Source: Octopus sinensis
Lineage: Eukaryota
Reading direction: 5' to 3'
NCBI RefSeq assembly: GCF_006345805.1
Contig: NC_042997.1
Span: 135,594,001-135,658,000 of the forward strand
Length of the DNA: 64,000 nt
Shown: positions 40,501-55,130 of the stretch, piece by piece
Numbering within the stretch: the stretch's first letter is position 1
Layout: each line of letters begins with the position of its first letter
Made by a program: the position numbers and the translations under genes
Notes under the pieces: generated by a model
What the model saw: the letters and a program-made list of their open reading frames with translations, nothing else
What the model was told of the DNA's origin: nothing
Databases searched by the model: none

Positions 40501-41629
40501 GCTCTCTGTTGGCTAAAACTGTGAAGCGGCAAAACTGTTAGAACGCCCAGTAATATGTCTTTCGTTATTTCTTTAGATCAAATCCCATCGAAGTTAACTT
40601 CACCTTACATTCCTTCCCTCCGGAGTTTACTAAATGTAACACTAATGAATCACTGTGGTCAATGTTATGGACTAACACCGTTTTCTCATGCCAAAAGTAC
40701 AAAGGATTATGTTTTAGCATTGAGTAATTGTGACATTTGCTTGCGTGTCTCTGATTTCTATGGCTGCTTGAGTCATGTAGATAATTCCTGCTATTTGTCT
40801 CATCAGTTCTGTATCTGTGATATATTGACGTTTCGGTTGTGAGGTTTCATTCTATAAGACCTTGTATTAATTTAGATTTCACGATATATAATAGTTGTTG
40901 CTTTAGAAATATGTTGCTTGGTGACAGTTATGGGGTTGTAGAATTAGAAAGGCGTAATTCTGTGCATTGGTTTAGATTTATGCTTTATGATATAAGTATG
41001 ATCAAATAACTTACATTTAATGCTACATTTGTTATACGAATATATTTAAATCTTAAACATCGCTATACTATATACAGATGGATTTATGTAGAATTTATTG
41101 GTGATCTCAATATTTTGCCATCCAATTATTTTTGAGCTTTCATTTCCCTATGAACGCCTTTTTTCTGTATAGGAAGATATTGCATTTAACGAGTTTATAT
41201 TTACTTCTACATTCAATGTTGACTTAAATTTATAGATACATTTGTAATACCAAATATAAAGATATATTCTGTACTACCATATATAGAGAAATATGTTGTA
41301 TATATCTCTATGACTTACATTTAGTACGTGACTAACTATATATTTTTAAAATGCGACTTTCAGTGATGAGTTAGTATCGTCTTCATTGATTTTCTTTCAG
41401 ATTTTTAAAACTGTTATGATTTATATACGCTGTATATAAATCATAATCTGGATATTTAGTTGTGTCAGCATTAATACTTCACAGTGTTGCTAAGTACACT
41501 TGGTGCTTTTCGTATGTATTGATACGTTTGTCGTGATGTATTGGTTTTAAGTTCTTCTTTATTGCTTTTTTGATATAATAAATGTTGGCACTTTGGGGAT
41601 ATAGATCGAATGTACATATCTTCCGTTTC

Positions 41630-41676
<47 letters not shown>

Positions 41677-42509
41677 TTGTGTGCATTTTGTGAACGGATG
41701 CAAGAAAAAGAAAATTGTTTCGGTTATTGAGTTATGGTAATGTTTAAGGTAGTTGTTGTATTGTATGAATTCGGTGACTTCTCACTGAGTGTTTGGAAAT
41801 GTATCGTGATTTTCTAGGAGTATTTAGCTTTAAAGTTCACGTGGTGAGATAAGTTTATTATATCAACCTTGTTCTTGACGTTGTTTTATACTTTGAATAT
41901 TTGTACATTTATGCCTCATTGTGGGTGTCTGTGATATCTCTTTTGTGTCAGTCGTTTTATCAGGGTTGGTTATGGTTCATTGACTTTTTCTCCATTCATT
42001 CGAATGTGAACATTAGGCACGATGATGCAGGTGAAATTTAGGATTTTAGTAGCGCTTAGGAGGATTTTCAACGTACATATGTGATATTATGGGATAAACT
42101 TATGATGTTCTGTATTTTATTATAAATACGAAAGAGTTACGTTTGGGTTTTTTTCTGCTATTGTTATATGCATAGCAAGATTGTTGGTAGACCTTAAAGT
42201 TTCAGTAAAATGACAATGTTAGTACAGATGGTATCCTATATCGTGATTCATTTTATCGACATTTCAGGTATAGATATTACATCTTTGTGAATATAGGGGA
42301 CACTGTATGATGTATTTTTTTTCCCTATTTCTAAATTCAGTATGGAGGTATATGAGATAGATTTCTTTGCACTTTGTAGTAGGCGAGCGATTGTAAGGGC
42401 ATTGACTTGATTGATTTAAACCCCTTCCTGTCGTGACTGAACATGTATCACCGAAGCAAAAGCTCATTAAGAGTTTTGTTCTCTAAAGAGAAATTTATAT
42501 AGTCCTAAG

Positions 42510-42577
42510 TATTATTATTATTATTATTATCATCATCATCATCATTATCATCACCATCATTATTATTATCATCATCA

Positions 42578-42662
<85 letters not shown>
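42510..42662. repeat. (ATT)n/(CAT)n microsatellite
   Basis: Direct reading. Confidence 0.95.
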
Positions 42663-42892
42663 TAGGACACCAGTTAAACGATGTCTAGTTTAATGTCCTA
42701 TGTTTCTCATGTACACCCAAAAGTAATTGAAAGTATCAATAACCAGTTTTACATATATTTACATAAATCTATATCTATCTATATACATGTGTCTATGTGT
42801 GTGTATATGTGTGTATTATACAATTTTTTTTAAATATTTTATTCACACAGGATAATTCCATGCCAAAAATTAGATAATAAATATAAGTAATA

Positions 42893-43135
42893 ATCAGCAA
42901 TTGCTCAAGAACAATTGAGAGTGTTCGCAGTCAGTGCAAAAGTTGCTAATGCATACCTAGCTTTGATTCTACACTCTCCTGATCCCAAACAGTTACATTT
43001 AGCAACAGAATAGTTATAATCAGCAATATACTGCAACTGCTAGGGAACACTTGAGTGTGTGTGTAGCCAGTGCAAAAATTGTTTACGCACACCTGGCTTT
43101 GATATTGTACTCTCCTGATCCCAAGCAGTTAAGTT
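42893..43135. repeat. Old ~125-bp tandem duplication
   Basis: taatcagcaat...cagtgcaaaa...gctttgat...ctctcctgatcccaa.cagtta occurs twice. Confidence 0.7.
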
Positions 43136-43699
43136 TGAAAATAAAAATGCAAATAGAATGTGTACTTATTGAAACTCATCGGTAAACTATTAAATAATTA
43201 ATCCGCAAATTCCCATATAACAAACAAATGTTACAATATTTATATACTGAACATGTCCAATTTAATCTTAATATGTAAGATGTATATAGAGGGAGGTTTT
43301 TACATTTAGACAACTTCAGTATACAGAACATTTCTAGTTAGTTTCTGTATATCGTGATGGTCCCAACGTCTTGGATTTTAATTGTAATTCAGGAACGTAT
43401 TTTGGTCAAAATAAGTTCTTATCTTATCTGGGTCTCCAACCCTGCAACGCGTAACTGACTGTGAGTGAAAACTGGATTTGGCAAGTAAATGCCACGTTTT
43501 GATAGACTCTGCTCTTGGCTTTTGTTTATGGAAATTGCACAAGCCGGTCTTACTGGAAGTTGGCATCACATTAACTCCACTCAATTTTTTTTGCAGTTAT
43601 TAGATTGCTATTTGCAGTAACAATTTTATACCTTGTGCTGTTACATTGACCGTTTTTTGTGATCATGATTTCTGAGTAATATTATTGGTGCCCCAATTT

Positions 43700-44110
43700 T
43701 TAATTTAATCTCATGCGGATGTAGACCACTGATAGAATTTCTTCTCTTCTTTTCTGTGATAAATTCTCTCGGGCTGCGCGATGTTGTTGAGCATCTTGAC
43801 GTAAAATTTTCTCTCTGCTTTCCTGTGATAAATTCTCTCGGGCTGTGCGATGTTGTTCAGTATTTTGATGTAAAATTTTTCCTCTTCTTTCCTGTGATAT
43901 ATGTTCTCTTGCTACTCTATGCTGTCAAGAGTCCCATAGTAAAATTTCGGAGCGTCATGCTTGGCTCAAGTTAGCTCGCGCTTCTCTCCGTCGTGCAGCA
44001 TTTATGTTTCTTACAGCTTTTCGTCGGTCACTACTCACTCTTCTTCGCTTCTCCAGTTGACGAAGTCTGGCTGCTTTTCTTCTCTGGCTAGCAATAGCAA
44101 TGCTCATAAT
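43700..44110 (-). mobile_element. Possible Helitron N-terminal low-complexity remnant with ~69-bp tandem repeats
   Basis: Minus strand QRRKAARLRQLEKRRR...NAARRREARA is R/E-rich; tandem units at 43750-43900. Confidence 0.35.
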
Positions 44111-44953
44111 GGGACTTTGATAGTTTAAAGAAAAGATAATGTGTGTTTAAGCAGTGACTTCCAATTTATCAAAATAAGAGCGTAGCACATTTACGGGGTT
44201 TTCAATGCACAATTATTTTGAAACACCACTATACATTCTGCTTCGTATCCATTATTACAGTATGGATTTTAATGGATAAATATTTATTAAAACATACAGT
44301 AATAATAAATTTAAATAGAATTCCCTTCTACACGTCATTTAACTTTCAAACTTTGATATCCACGAACCTTTAAAGCGTTCATATCTGTGAACCTCAAAAA
44401 TCTTTATTACCCATCAACCTATTACAGAAAATTAAACCTCCTTGTACCCCTACCTTTATTGTATTTTAAATAGTTATTTTATTTTATTTTCTCTCATCTT
44501 CCTCCATATCCTACTAATGGCGTTACCCTACTGTCTTAATAAAATCCAACCACGTTGCCTGAGATACACTAACACAGGAGGGTATCATTTGAAAGAGATA
44601 TTGTTGCTATTTGTCGCAAGTCGGGCGACTGCATAGATGATTTGTTGGAGTATTAATTGCTGAAAGAGCAACAGATAAGAGAAAAGAGTCCACAGTGACG
44701 CCCACAGGTATATTACTGCAATCTGAATCTATGTATTTATGTACCAACTTTTCATTTCATCTATGTACCTACTGTGTCTCTCACTTTCTCTCTTTCTCTC
44801 TCACTTCCTCTATATTCCTCCTCTCTCCCGCTTTTAATTGAATAATTTGCGTATCTATGTTTCTATTTTTCTTTGTATGCATCAGTCTACTCTGAAAATA
44901 CTAATAAACATTTTTCCACTCTTCCTTTCAGAGACCACTCACACACACACACA

Positions 44954-45001
<48 letters not shown>

Positions 45002-45147
45002 CCACTCTATCCCTTTCTCTTCCATTTAAATAGACTTATTTAATCTTAATATATGTGATACCATTCTTGCAAGTTAACTGCTTGGATTTCTTCCTATGTA
45101 ATCAACTACTTGAATTTCTTTCTATCTTAATACTGAAGACGAGTGTG

Positions 45148-45239
45148 ACAGACGGACGCAGAGACAAACAGACGGACGCAGAGACAAACAGACGGACGCA
45201 GAGACAAACAGACGGACGCAGAGACAAACAGACGGACGC
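45148..45239. repeat. 20-bp minisatellite (cagacggacgcagagacaaa) x ~4.5
   Basis: Direct reading. Confidence 0.95.
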
Positions 45240-45261
45240 TCGTTGTAGTATAGTATAGATG

Positions 45262-45304
<43 letters not shown>

Positions 45305-45325
45305 TATTATTATTATTACTACTAC

Positions 45326-45461
<136 letters not shown>

Positions 45462-45687
45462 TATGTTTGACTTTTGCTTTATGTTTGTACAAGTTGGCTC
45501 CAAGTCTCACCCAGAGACCTCAAGAGACAACAGATTGGAAGTTTACGTTGTTGTTATGCCTAGTGTGCTATAGATTTGGGGTTTTTTTTGGTGTTGTACT
45601 AGTGAATGTCTAATAAATAAATTTTTTTTAAAAGTTTGTTTTTAACCTTGAGATTACATAGAGAGTATTTTGCGTAGGATATGAGCA

Positions 45688-45733
<46 letters not shown>

Positions 45734-45763
45734 TATTATTATATTATTATTATTATTATTATT

Positions 45764-48590
45764 GTCGCTTTACTTCTCAGAACATTCGGTCTTGTTTATT
45801 CTGGTAGAGTCTGTGAGAGCGGACAGCAGCCTGCTATCACCGGTCTTACAGGGTATCTTTCGGTAATTGGTTGGTAATTATCGAGGGATATATTCAACAT
45901 CCAATCACCAATCTCAAAATTCTAGCTGTCCCCAAAAGAGCATTTTTGGAGCTTGCTCTGTTCTCATGTCAATTCCGATTTCTTTGACATATTTCTCGAA
46001 CTTAGTTGTTAGTGCTCCGAGTACCCTTAAAAGTATTAGAATGACAGACACTCTTCTCATAGTCCATATTCTTGCAATTTCGCCTGTAAGTAGTCTCTAC
46101 TTTTCAATCTTTTCCAGTTCTTTGTCACTTAAGCACGCATCACCAAGTATTTCAATATCTATGATCTTGGTTCTTTTTTCTCCTTTATCTACCTCAACAA
46201 TATCTGATTCCTGAGCATCGATTAGAGAGTTACATTGGATTGTAAAATCTCACAGTATCTTATGTTCCTTGTTCTCGTTGACACCTTCTGGTTCATGCTC
46301 GTACTATTTCTATGCTCTGTTCAGGTCGTACTTTTCATATTGCCTCCAGTAAACGAACTAAGCCATGTTACTGTGCCTCCTGTAGGTAGTGCTTTTGGGC
46401 CAGCTTGCTACACTCACTCACAATATGTGAGATTGTTTCGTTTCTGCTATTACACATCCTACAAAAGAATGATACTTTACTCTTATCTATTTGGAACTTG
46501 GTGTAATCAGTTCTTAGAGTTTGTTTCTGGGCGCTGTTTATCAATGCCTCAGTGCATCCTTTCAGATCATATCCTCTTAGCCATCTCCAAGTGTTGATCT
46601 TGTTTCCTCCTTCGATTTTCTGAGGTATTGCTCATGCAGTGGTTTCATTTTCCAGTTGTTTGCTCTTTCTTCTTCATCTTGTTTCTTAAATGTTCGAGGG
46701 CGCATCACATTTTCGGCAGCTATTATATTGTTAATTCTAACAGCGGCACGCAAGGTTTCACTCTACTGTTTGATGTACCGTCCCAAACTGTTCTTCTTGT
46801 TGAAAACGCAGATCTTGCATCCTTTGAGACCTGTTCCACTCATGTTACTAAACACATACAGTCTGTCATTATCGCTTTTGGGGGTGTAGTTCCTTGTCAT
46901 CACTTTTCTAGTTTTCCTATTCATTTCCTCAAGCTCATTCTTTGTCCCCTACGCCGTATCACATTAAGAAAAAAGCCAGTGTTCATTGCCCTGGTTTTTT
47001 TACTTTTTTTGCTGTTGAGTCTAATTCCCATAATTAACCGGATTCTTCTAGGATGTTCTCACTTAAAGCTTTCTTTCATTTCACTTACCTTGATTTTGTC
47101 GTATTCTAAAATCCCAAGATAATTATATCCATTAGTCTCAATATCCTTGATTTTCTTACCGTTGGGTAGCTCTACACCATCAGAAAACACTATGATGCCT
47201 CTTTGTATCATAAGTATACCACACATTTTAGTCCCAAACTCCTTTGCGATATCCTTACTGAAAATCTACACTGTTGAGACTAGGCCATTTATTTCGCCTT
47301 CGGTCTTTCCAAAGATCTTTAAATCATCAATATATAACAGATAATTTAATTTTCCTCCACTTTCCAAGGTGTACCCCAGTGTCACTTTCCGTAGTATCTG
47401 TATGAGGAGTATCACACAAATCACAAACAGCAATGGGACAGGCTATCTCCTAGAAATATACAGCTTTTGATGGTAACCATCGCCAAAATCTGTATTCCAG
47501 ATTTTCATTCCTAATAAAATTTGTTATTTTATCAGACACTTGTATCAGGAATAGACCTTCTAAAGTCCAGGAGTGTGGGGACCATATGATACACTTTCTG
47601 ATAACTGATCCGCGCCACGCCCTGATTAGTAAGTCTTTGCTTGCAGTCGTTCAGTACCATTCTGTCAATCAGAAGTTAGTTTTTTGTCCCTCGGTTTTTC
47701 CTTCTGCATCCTTTCTGTTCCACTGGTAGTTTGTCATTCATTTCCAGAAAGTTATTTATATAAATAGATATTATTTCTGTCATCAGCTTCCACATCAGGG
47801 GCAGACAGGTGATAGGCTGGTAATTATTCGCTCTATTGCCTTACCTGGCAAAGAATTGTTTTACCTATGGTCAGCCATTTTGGGATTTGTACGCTGTTGT
47901 TGATCATTCTATCCATTTGCGTGGCTATTTTTCCGGTAGTGCTGAGAGATTTTTCAGCCAATATCCTTGTACCCATCCGGTCCTGGGCATCTTCAGTTCA
48001 GGATCTTTGTTGTCTGTTCGATTACCATTTCAGTTGTTATTCTAATATTGCTCTGTTTCACTTCATATTTTTCTGATCTTAATTCCATCAACCGTTTATC
48101 ATCTTTGTTATGTTTTCTTCAATTATCCCAGATGTTAATCCAAAACCTTTTACTTTTGATTTTATATTGTTCAATTCTTTGGTCATATATCATGATCTTT
48201 GTCACTTTAGCCTGCAAACTTTGTTTCGGCTCTTAAAGAACTACATTTAGCCTCTTATTCTTTATCCTATATCTATGTTCTATTTCCTGATATTTCTCCT
48301 CTCTCTTGATTTCATTTTTTCTTTCTTTCCAAGATGATATGTTTTCGTAGTTCGTTCATTGATTGTTTTATTCTTCTTTTCCACCAAGGTTCTTTTTCTT
48401 CATTCCCACTTTTATGGTTTGGTTCGAGGCCTACTTTATTTTCTATATAGATGATGCAGGCTTTAATCAATCTATTCGTTCAAATAATTTTTTTTTTGTC
48501 TTGATTTCTTCCAGTATTTCATTCACCTTAAAGCTTCACTCGCTACGCAAATTTCTAACTTCTTTCCTGAACCCATTTAATATTCCTCTA
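45764..48590 (-). mobile_element. Degenerate R4/Dong-like RLE LINE between (TAA)n tracts
   Basis: PWWKRRI, NYQPITCLPLMWKL, GDSLSPLLF, LYIDDLK (47323-47334), RHNN, KILWDFTIQ, DKELEKIEK; short 3' UTR running into (AAT)n; another (TAA)n at 48590-48762. Confidence 0.88.
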
Positions 48591-48612
48591 TTTATTATTA
48601 TTATTATTATTA

Positions 48613-48666
<54 letters not shown>

Positions 48667-48707
48667 TGTTGTTGTTGTTATTGTTATTATTATTATTATC
48701 ATCATTA

Positions 48708-48762
<55 letters not shown>

Positions 48763-50689
48763 CAATACAGTTGTTGGTGGCAACAAATATCATCCTGATG
48801 TCAATGACAAACAAATACACCAATTAAAAGAAATTTGGGTGTCTAGTAAAAATCTGTAAACAAAGTATTGAGTTACAGGAGCCTCAAACATTTATGGAAA
48901 AGATTGTTAGATGAACAATAGTTTACAAATGTGTGTCGATCAAAAACCAACAAGCAGAAATGGCCACGCTCAAATGGATAAATGCACGTAGGAAATATGT
49001 TTGCGGAGCTAAAGGCGGACTCTCATCTTGGGCACAAATTGTTAGGTCGCTAATGCTAACATTAAATGCCACAACTTCCACTATTATCATTTACATCCCA
49101 ACAGGTGAAGGCGAGAGTTTTCTTCAACTATCTAAGGTATTTCATGACAATTTCCCGTTCTTGTGCGTTTGTGGTTGCTTGGAATGGCATCTTGGATTCA
49201 GAGCCGAAATTTGTCAGCTTAACCGATATAGAATGATATTTACAAATATTTCACAAACTAACTCAAATGTCTACTCCATGATATGTACCCCTGTATTTCT
49301 TGAACATACCATTATTGACATTAACAAACCGCATTGGATGATGCATATCATATCTACAGAGAGTATTATGTAGAGCAGTAGATAGCGAAAGCAAAGCTGT
49401 CCTCATTTTAATATCATAAACTACAGAGACTGCAAGTTTGTGATCTGTACTGTCGGCTTAAATAGGCTTATGGAGAGGGGATTGTTTACTGATCTTAGTT
49501 TAAGGAAACAAGGAAAACAATACAGAACGGTAAAAACGAACATATGACGAGTAAGTTTGGGGTTGTATGAAGGAAGGTAAATAATAGCAAAAATTTCAAA
49601 AATATTTTACAAGAAAGGAGGAAACCTCAGGGTGGTTCTCGTGGAAACATTACAAATCACACAGGTATTTTGATCACTAAGACACATAACTTCTTTTAGT
49701 TGTCTCTGAGAATTTAGAGAATGTAAAGAATGTAAAACTTGAAGAAATGTCTCTAAACATTTTGTCAGATTTATATATCTGTAGTGTTTTATTATTTGTT
49801 CTTCATGTAGTATTAGTGTTTCAAACCGTTAGATATTTTGTCCACCACAATATCTCAAAAACCATCCTTTTATTACATAACATGGAGTTCTCCGGAAGGT
49901 GCGATTCTATCGTGTCCTGGTACTTTCCGTTTCATATTTTATTATTATTTTTTTTTATATTCATTTTCTGCTGTGTTTGCACTAATTCGTTTGTTGGCCT
50001 TCCCTCAAGATTATTCTGATGCTCTGTTGTTTTGAACACTCTCGTGTATGATGATTTCTTTGCTGTCTTTACCACCCACAGCAAAAAGTTTTGTTTTTGC
50101 GTTACTTTACTTTTATTTTTACCAAGTTCTTGAACTATTAGTTTGAGTTCGTGTCGAAAGTGTGTATCTCCTGAAGGAATCGTTGTCGATTTTCATACCA
50201 ACAGATTTCTTTGCGATTTAACGATCTCATGTTTCAAGTAATCTTTTATTACTGATACTTCGTTTCTTTTTGTTTGTTTCATTGGGGTGGGTTTGTTTTT
50301 ATGATTCTATGGCATTTATCTGTTCTCTAATCAGTTATGACGTTGCGTTATTGATTTTACGAGGGATTGAGAACTATTCAATCTTCCATCTTTTTTCTAT
50401 ACATTCGTTTTCCACGTTCGTTGTTTACTGGGGTTTGATATTACTTTGCTATCAGATGTCAGAGAGTATCCACTTTTCTTTGTAACTATTGTGATTGCTG
50501 TATATTTTATTTCGATGAGCCTGGTGGTATTGATGCTTGTGTTTCTTTCGCAAAAATCGGTGATGACGAAGTTCTAGTTCATTTTTTTCATTTTCGCTGA
50601 TATATTATTATAGATCTCATCTCTGGAGATTGTTTTCATTAGTCCACAAGAATATCTTTTATTCTTTGTAGCTATTCCCGCTATTTACG

Positions 50690-50794
50690 TTTTGAGTTCA
50701 AATTCCGCCGAAGTCGACTTTGCCTTTCAACCTTTAGAGTTTGACTAAATAAATACCAGGGTCGAAGTTATCGACTTTCTCCTTCACAGTCTAG

Positions 50795-50800
<6 letters not shown>
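50690..50800 (+). mobile_element. SINE fragment
   Basis: gagttcaaattccgccgaagtcgactttgcctttc. Confidence 0.7.
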
Positions 50801-50869
<69 letters not shown>

Positions 50870-51099
50870 CAACAACAACAGAACACTGGGGACGTTTAAG
50901 ATGTGAGAACGATAAAACAGTGCTCCGAAATCTATCCACAAACATTGAAAACAAAGACATCGCATGGAGCCAAAAAATTACTAACAAAGGATTGGACTAT
51001 ATCCGCGTAACTAATACTCATTGAAATTTATTACTATTTTCGAAACGAAATGATGTATTTTGACTCGATATCATCTCCACCTCTAACACAACACATGTA

Positions 51100-51810
51100 A
51101 ACATGCGTGGTACATTACGATCCATCAACACCAGATCATCCCCGACCCCAAACACCATGTACAAAAAAACTACGAAGAAATTAAATAACACCGATATTAT
51201 TCAACCCAAGAATAAAAATCGGGAAGTACGTACTTTAAACTTACAACACAAAATGTACGAAAAACTACACGTGCAAAATAATGTGACAACAGAAATGAAT
51301 GCACCGGTACCCTACGAAAATGACGACCGTCAAAATAATGGGCCGGACGATGTTCCTCATGTCCCGCAAATAAAACCCAAAAGACATAAATGGACACGTG
51401 AGGAATACATTTCTATCCTACACGCTTACTTCACAGCAGTGCTCTACCCAAAAAATGAAAACACAACAACACATACATATAAAATATGGAAGGAAAATAG
51501 CATAAATATAGACTTGGATACAGCAATGAACCCTAATAAACTAGCTAACGTACGAAGATACATTCTCAACGCAAAAAAATATCAGAAATAGAAATAGAAC
51601 ATCTAAAAGAAAAAATGCATCAGGAAAATGTAGATAGAAGCCACACAACAATGCCCAATAATATAAACACTGAAACAGTAAAACACGAAGACAAACGTAA
51701 CATTCCCAACAAACACGATGTAAACAAAAAACAACAAACCCAGACCGTAAGGATGCATAATAATACAAGACAAACAAACATACGAACGTGGAAAAAAGCG
51801 ACACAAATCT
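51100..51810 (+). mobile_element. 5' ORF region of an R4/Dong-like LINE
   Basis: RHKWTREEY...AYF...YP...YKIWKE...NKLANVRRYIL resembles the R4/Dong N-terminus; preceded by (TAA)n(CAA)n at ~50797-50880. Confidence 0.65.
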
Positions 51811-51849
51811 AAAACCTGGAAACAACGAAGGAAAAAATATGATAGTAAT

Positions 51850-52119
51850 TTTTTTAAATCGTTGACTCATCGTAGACATTTTTAGAGAGTTACTTCCCTT
51901 ATATTTAAAAAAATATGCATTAAAATAGAAAAAAATGATGGTAAATTATTTTTATAGTCGTAGACTCATCGTAGACGCGCGCTAATACCCAGAAGGGCTC
52001 GATATAAATCACGACTATAAGATACCCGGTTTTGGTTAAACTGCACCGGAAAATGTGGGAGTAGTTAGGAATCTAAATCGGAGTAGACAGACACACAACC
52101 TTACTTTTATATATAAAGA
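51850..52119 (-). mobile_element. Non-autonomous Helitron-type element, 5' part
   Basis: The minus strand begins A|TCTTTATATATAAAAG at 52120/52119, the typical A^TC Helitron 5' end. Confidence 0.55.
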
Positions 52120-52686
52120 TGTGCTTTTTCGATTACTAAATTTTTTAAAGATCCTTGACACAAATGTTCCTTAAATATGCCAATATATTTAGCTCTAAAA
52201 TGCATTTAGATCGTATCGCTTGCCCTGTAAGTTTTGTCTTAGTATATTGTAATATCTAATTCTATAGTGTAATTCCTATTTAGAGAGGAGGGAGAGTATC
52301 GCTCAAAAATATGCATGTAGAAAACAATATATTGCTCACGCGTTCATATATACCTTGCCAAAATTATTCCAGAAACTCACCAGTAAGGTCTTTCTTTTTA
52401 TTTCGATTGTCATCCTTCTCGTTTCGTGCCATCCTGCTTCATTCCGGTTGTGTCTATAGCCTTACATGGTTTATTTCGCTCGCTATAATTATATCTGACT
52501 TTCTTGCTTTAATAGTAGGGTCAGGTTTTATGGGCAAGCTCCGTAATATCTGTATCAGGGCCTCCCAGGTCGTGTTCATACCAATTTCTATTTGTTTACA
52601 AGGTACATCCTTGGCTAACATTCCAACGCACTATTTTACGTACATAGGCATACCTGTCCTGATATACATTTTGTGCTAGTTACAAA

Positions 52687-52740
<54 letters not shown>

Positions 52741-52747
52741 CATCATC

Positions 52748-52809
<62 letters not shown>

Positions 52810-54729
52810 AATTGAGAAACTGCAAACGAGTTAATGAAAATTACATTTTTACGATGGAATTCGAAATAGATAAAGATTTTTTACGATTTTTATTTCTTTT
52901 GGGGAAAGGAGGGATATTTTCGAATGCATAATTTCAGTTACCTGGTATTTTAGAGTACAAAATTTATGTTTACATCTAGATAATTTCCGTTTTGTGCGAG
53001 TATATTTTAGTTTTGTTCTTTGAGCGGTTAGTCTCTGTAAATTATACTTGCATTCCAACATATTTTTCTGAAATCCCCTTCCGCCTATTCCCATTTATTT
53101 GCCGAGTAAAGTACTGTCGGTTATTTAGAATGTCTGATTTTCTTTGGTTTATTCCTATTCTGTCGAGGTTTGCACGTTCCCACTCCCGAATAATTAACAG
53201 TAGAAACAAAGCTTCATACTTCATTAAACCTTACATAACTTGCAAACACGTGGGTGTTGCGACTAAGATGTAGAATCATAGGCATTGGTCAAAGAAAGTT
53301 CTATTGGGGCAAAATATGAAGAAACATTCCACTGTCAAATGTTAGGCTATCTACAGGAATTTCTGAAATTAGTAATATCCATGTTGAGCAATTTACGGAA
53401 AGAATTACTAAATTTACAGATTAATTCGCAGGATCGGTCTACATTAGAAATTATGATTCAAATACTAACCACTTGTCAGATATCCGTATGAGATAGGTGT
53501 GCACTAGGAATTAGTATCTGGGTGAACATGATAGGTGTAAAAGGGGTGATCTTTTTCTTGTAGCGCAAAAAATTTTGAATGCTAGAGCCAAAATAATATT
53601 ACTCTGCTGGTGTGTTGCTACATATACCTTTGACGCAACTAGGATAACTAGGAAGAAGACGCAACATTTCAAATTAAATTTATATCTATAAACAATGGGC
53701 CCAGTAATTGGATAATTTATCGACCTATATTTGTTAGCCACTAAGATATCACGATATGTTTAAAAAAAGATGCAGATAAATTTATCCACTTCATTAAATG
53801 CTAAGCATTGAACAGCAGTCGAATTTCATATCCATGCAAAGATATGAGATCTGTATAGAATAAACGTTTACTACATAGAGATGTGAAATCGCTATCAAAA
53901 TGTCTAACCATTCAATTTGAAAATCATACGAATGTTTTTTTATTTATTATTAAAGAAAGAAATGAAATCTTGCAGTATTGGCCTTGTATGTCATCCCATT
54001 TGTCAGACGTATCTGGAAGGCCTCATGAAACTAATCCCTTTCTACATTGGATAAATGCAAAAATACTTAGTTTTCTAATGTAAAATTGAATCGTTCATGA
54101 ACATCCAATCATTTAGACCCTGCAGTACAATGAAAGATTTGAAATATTTCCTTGTAGCAATTTGAAGATTGTAAGATTGTGCGGGTCATTATCAAGCTTT
54201 TGGTTTGTACAGAAAAATTGCTGCTAATATTTTATTCCAGACATATGTAATTATACATTAATTTGTACACAACCCATTCATTCTAGAAATAGAAATTGGG
54301 AAATTTATTTCTCTGATGATCTGGCATTCGATTAAAGTCTCATATTTCAACTTTCAAACAGATTTAGGCAAATGCTGACATGTATGAAATTTCCAATATT
54401 ACATGAATCAGCATGAAAGTCCTTCAACCCTTTCCTTTCCAATATGCAAATCTTCCATTTTAAATCAGTAGTAACCATAAAATAATCTCTGCCTAATAAG
54501 AAAATATACCATCCCCAACAAATATCGAGTATTGCGTCAAAACGGAGAGGTACACAAAAGCATTTGGAATGTTGATGTAATATATACATACATGCACATG
54601 CGCACACGTATATATATATATATATACTCCTTCTTCTGTTTCTACTTCATCTTCTCCTTCTTCTCCTCCTCCTTCTCCTTCTTCTTCTCCTTCTCCACCC
54701 TCGGCTGCTTCTGCTTAAACTATCAATTC

Positions 54730-54990
54730 TCTGTACCCAAACATTTGCTTCAGATTTACTAGCACCCACCTACCAAGGCATTCACAAAGGAAGAGAGAAA
54801 GAGAGAGAGACTATCTGAAGATTATGGAAATATCTACCTACTTAAAGACTATGGAAAAATCAACAAAACATTTCACTTATTTAATTGTTTTTCCTTATTT
54901 TACTCTTAGCTGAAAAATTCTAAAAGACGGAAACCGGTACAAAATGTACTTCATGATAAAACTATTTTAGTATTTTCTCTATTGTCTTAT
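54730..54990 (+). mobile_element. Probable PLE 3' remnant related to 4445-4860, with a decayed hammerhead at 54907-54941
   Basis: agCTGAAAAattctaaaagacgGAAACCGGTAc aligns to the 4778 motif; the downstream tail is similar. Confidence 0.5.
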
Positions 54991-55009
54991 TTTCCTTATA
55001 TATATTGTA

Positions 55010-55130
55010 CTTGTGTAACATTGTCCGTCTTTTTCGTCCTTGTTTTCTTTGTATCGTCTGCCTGGATGTGTTGTCCCATTTTTATATCACCTAACTGTCC
55101 GGATGTTTTGCGTTCTTGTCCCATTTTGTA
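55010..55130 (+). mobile_element. 3' tail of the 1411-1745 family
   Basis: gttttctttgtatcgtct...ggatgttttgcgttcttgtcccatttt followed by TA/TG repeats. Confidence 0.65.

Noticed and set aside
39600-42470. Faint LINE/PLE-like peptide traces on the minus strand
   Set aside because: Too degenerate to assign without an HMM search.
45140-45240. Regular 20-bp repeats as a CRISPR-like array
   Set aside because: No spacers; this is a head-to-tail minisatellite in eukaryotic DNA.
48933-49373. 146-aa ORF
   Set aside because: No recognisable motifs or splice context; within chance range for a six-frame scan of 64 kb.
49735-49775. TTGAAGA-aatgt-ctctaa-acatt hammerhead-like start
   Set aside because: GAAA and stem I are absent.
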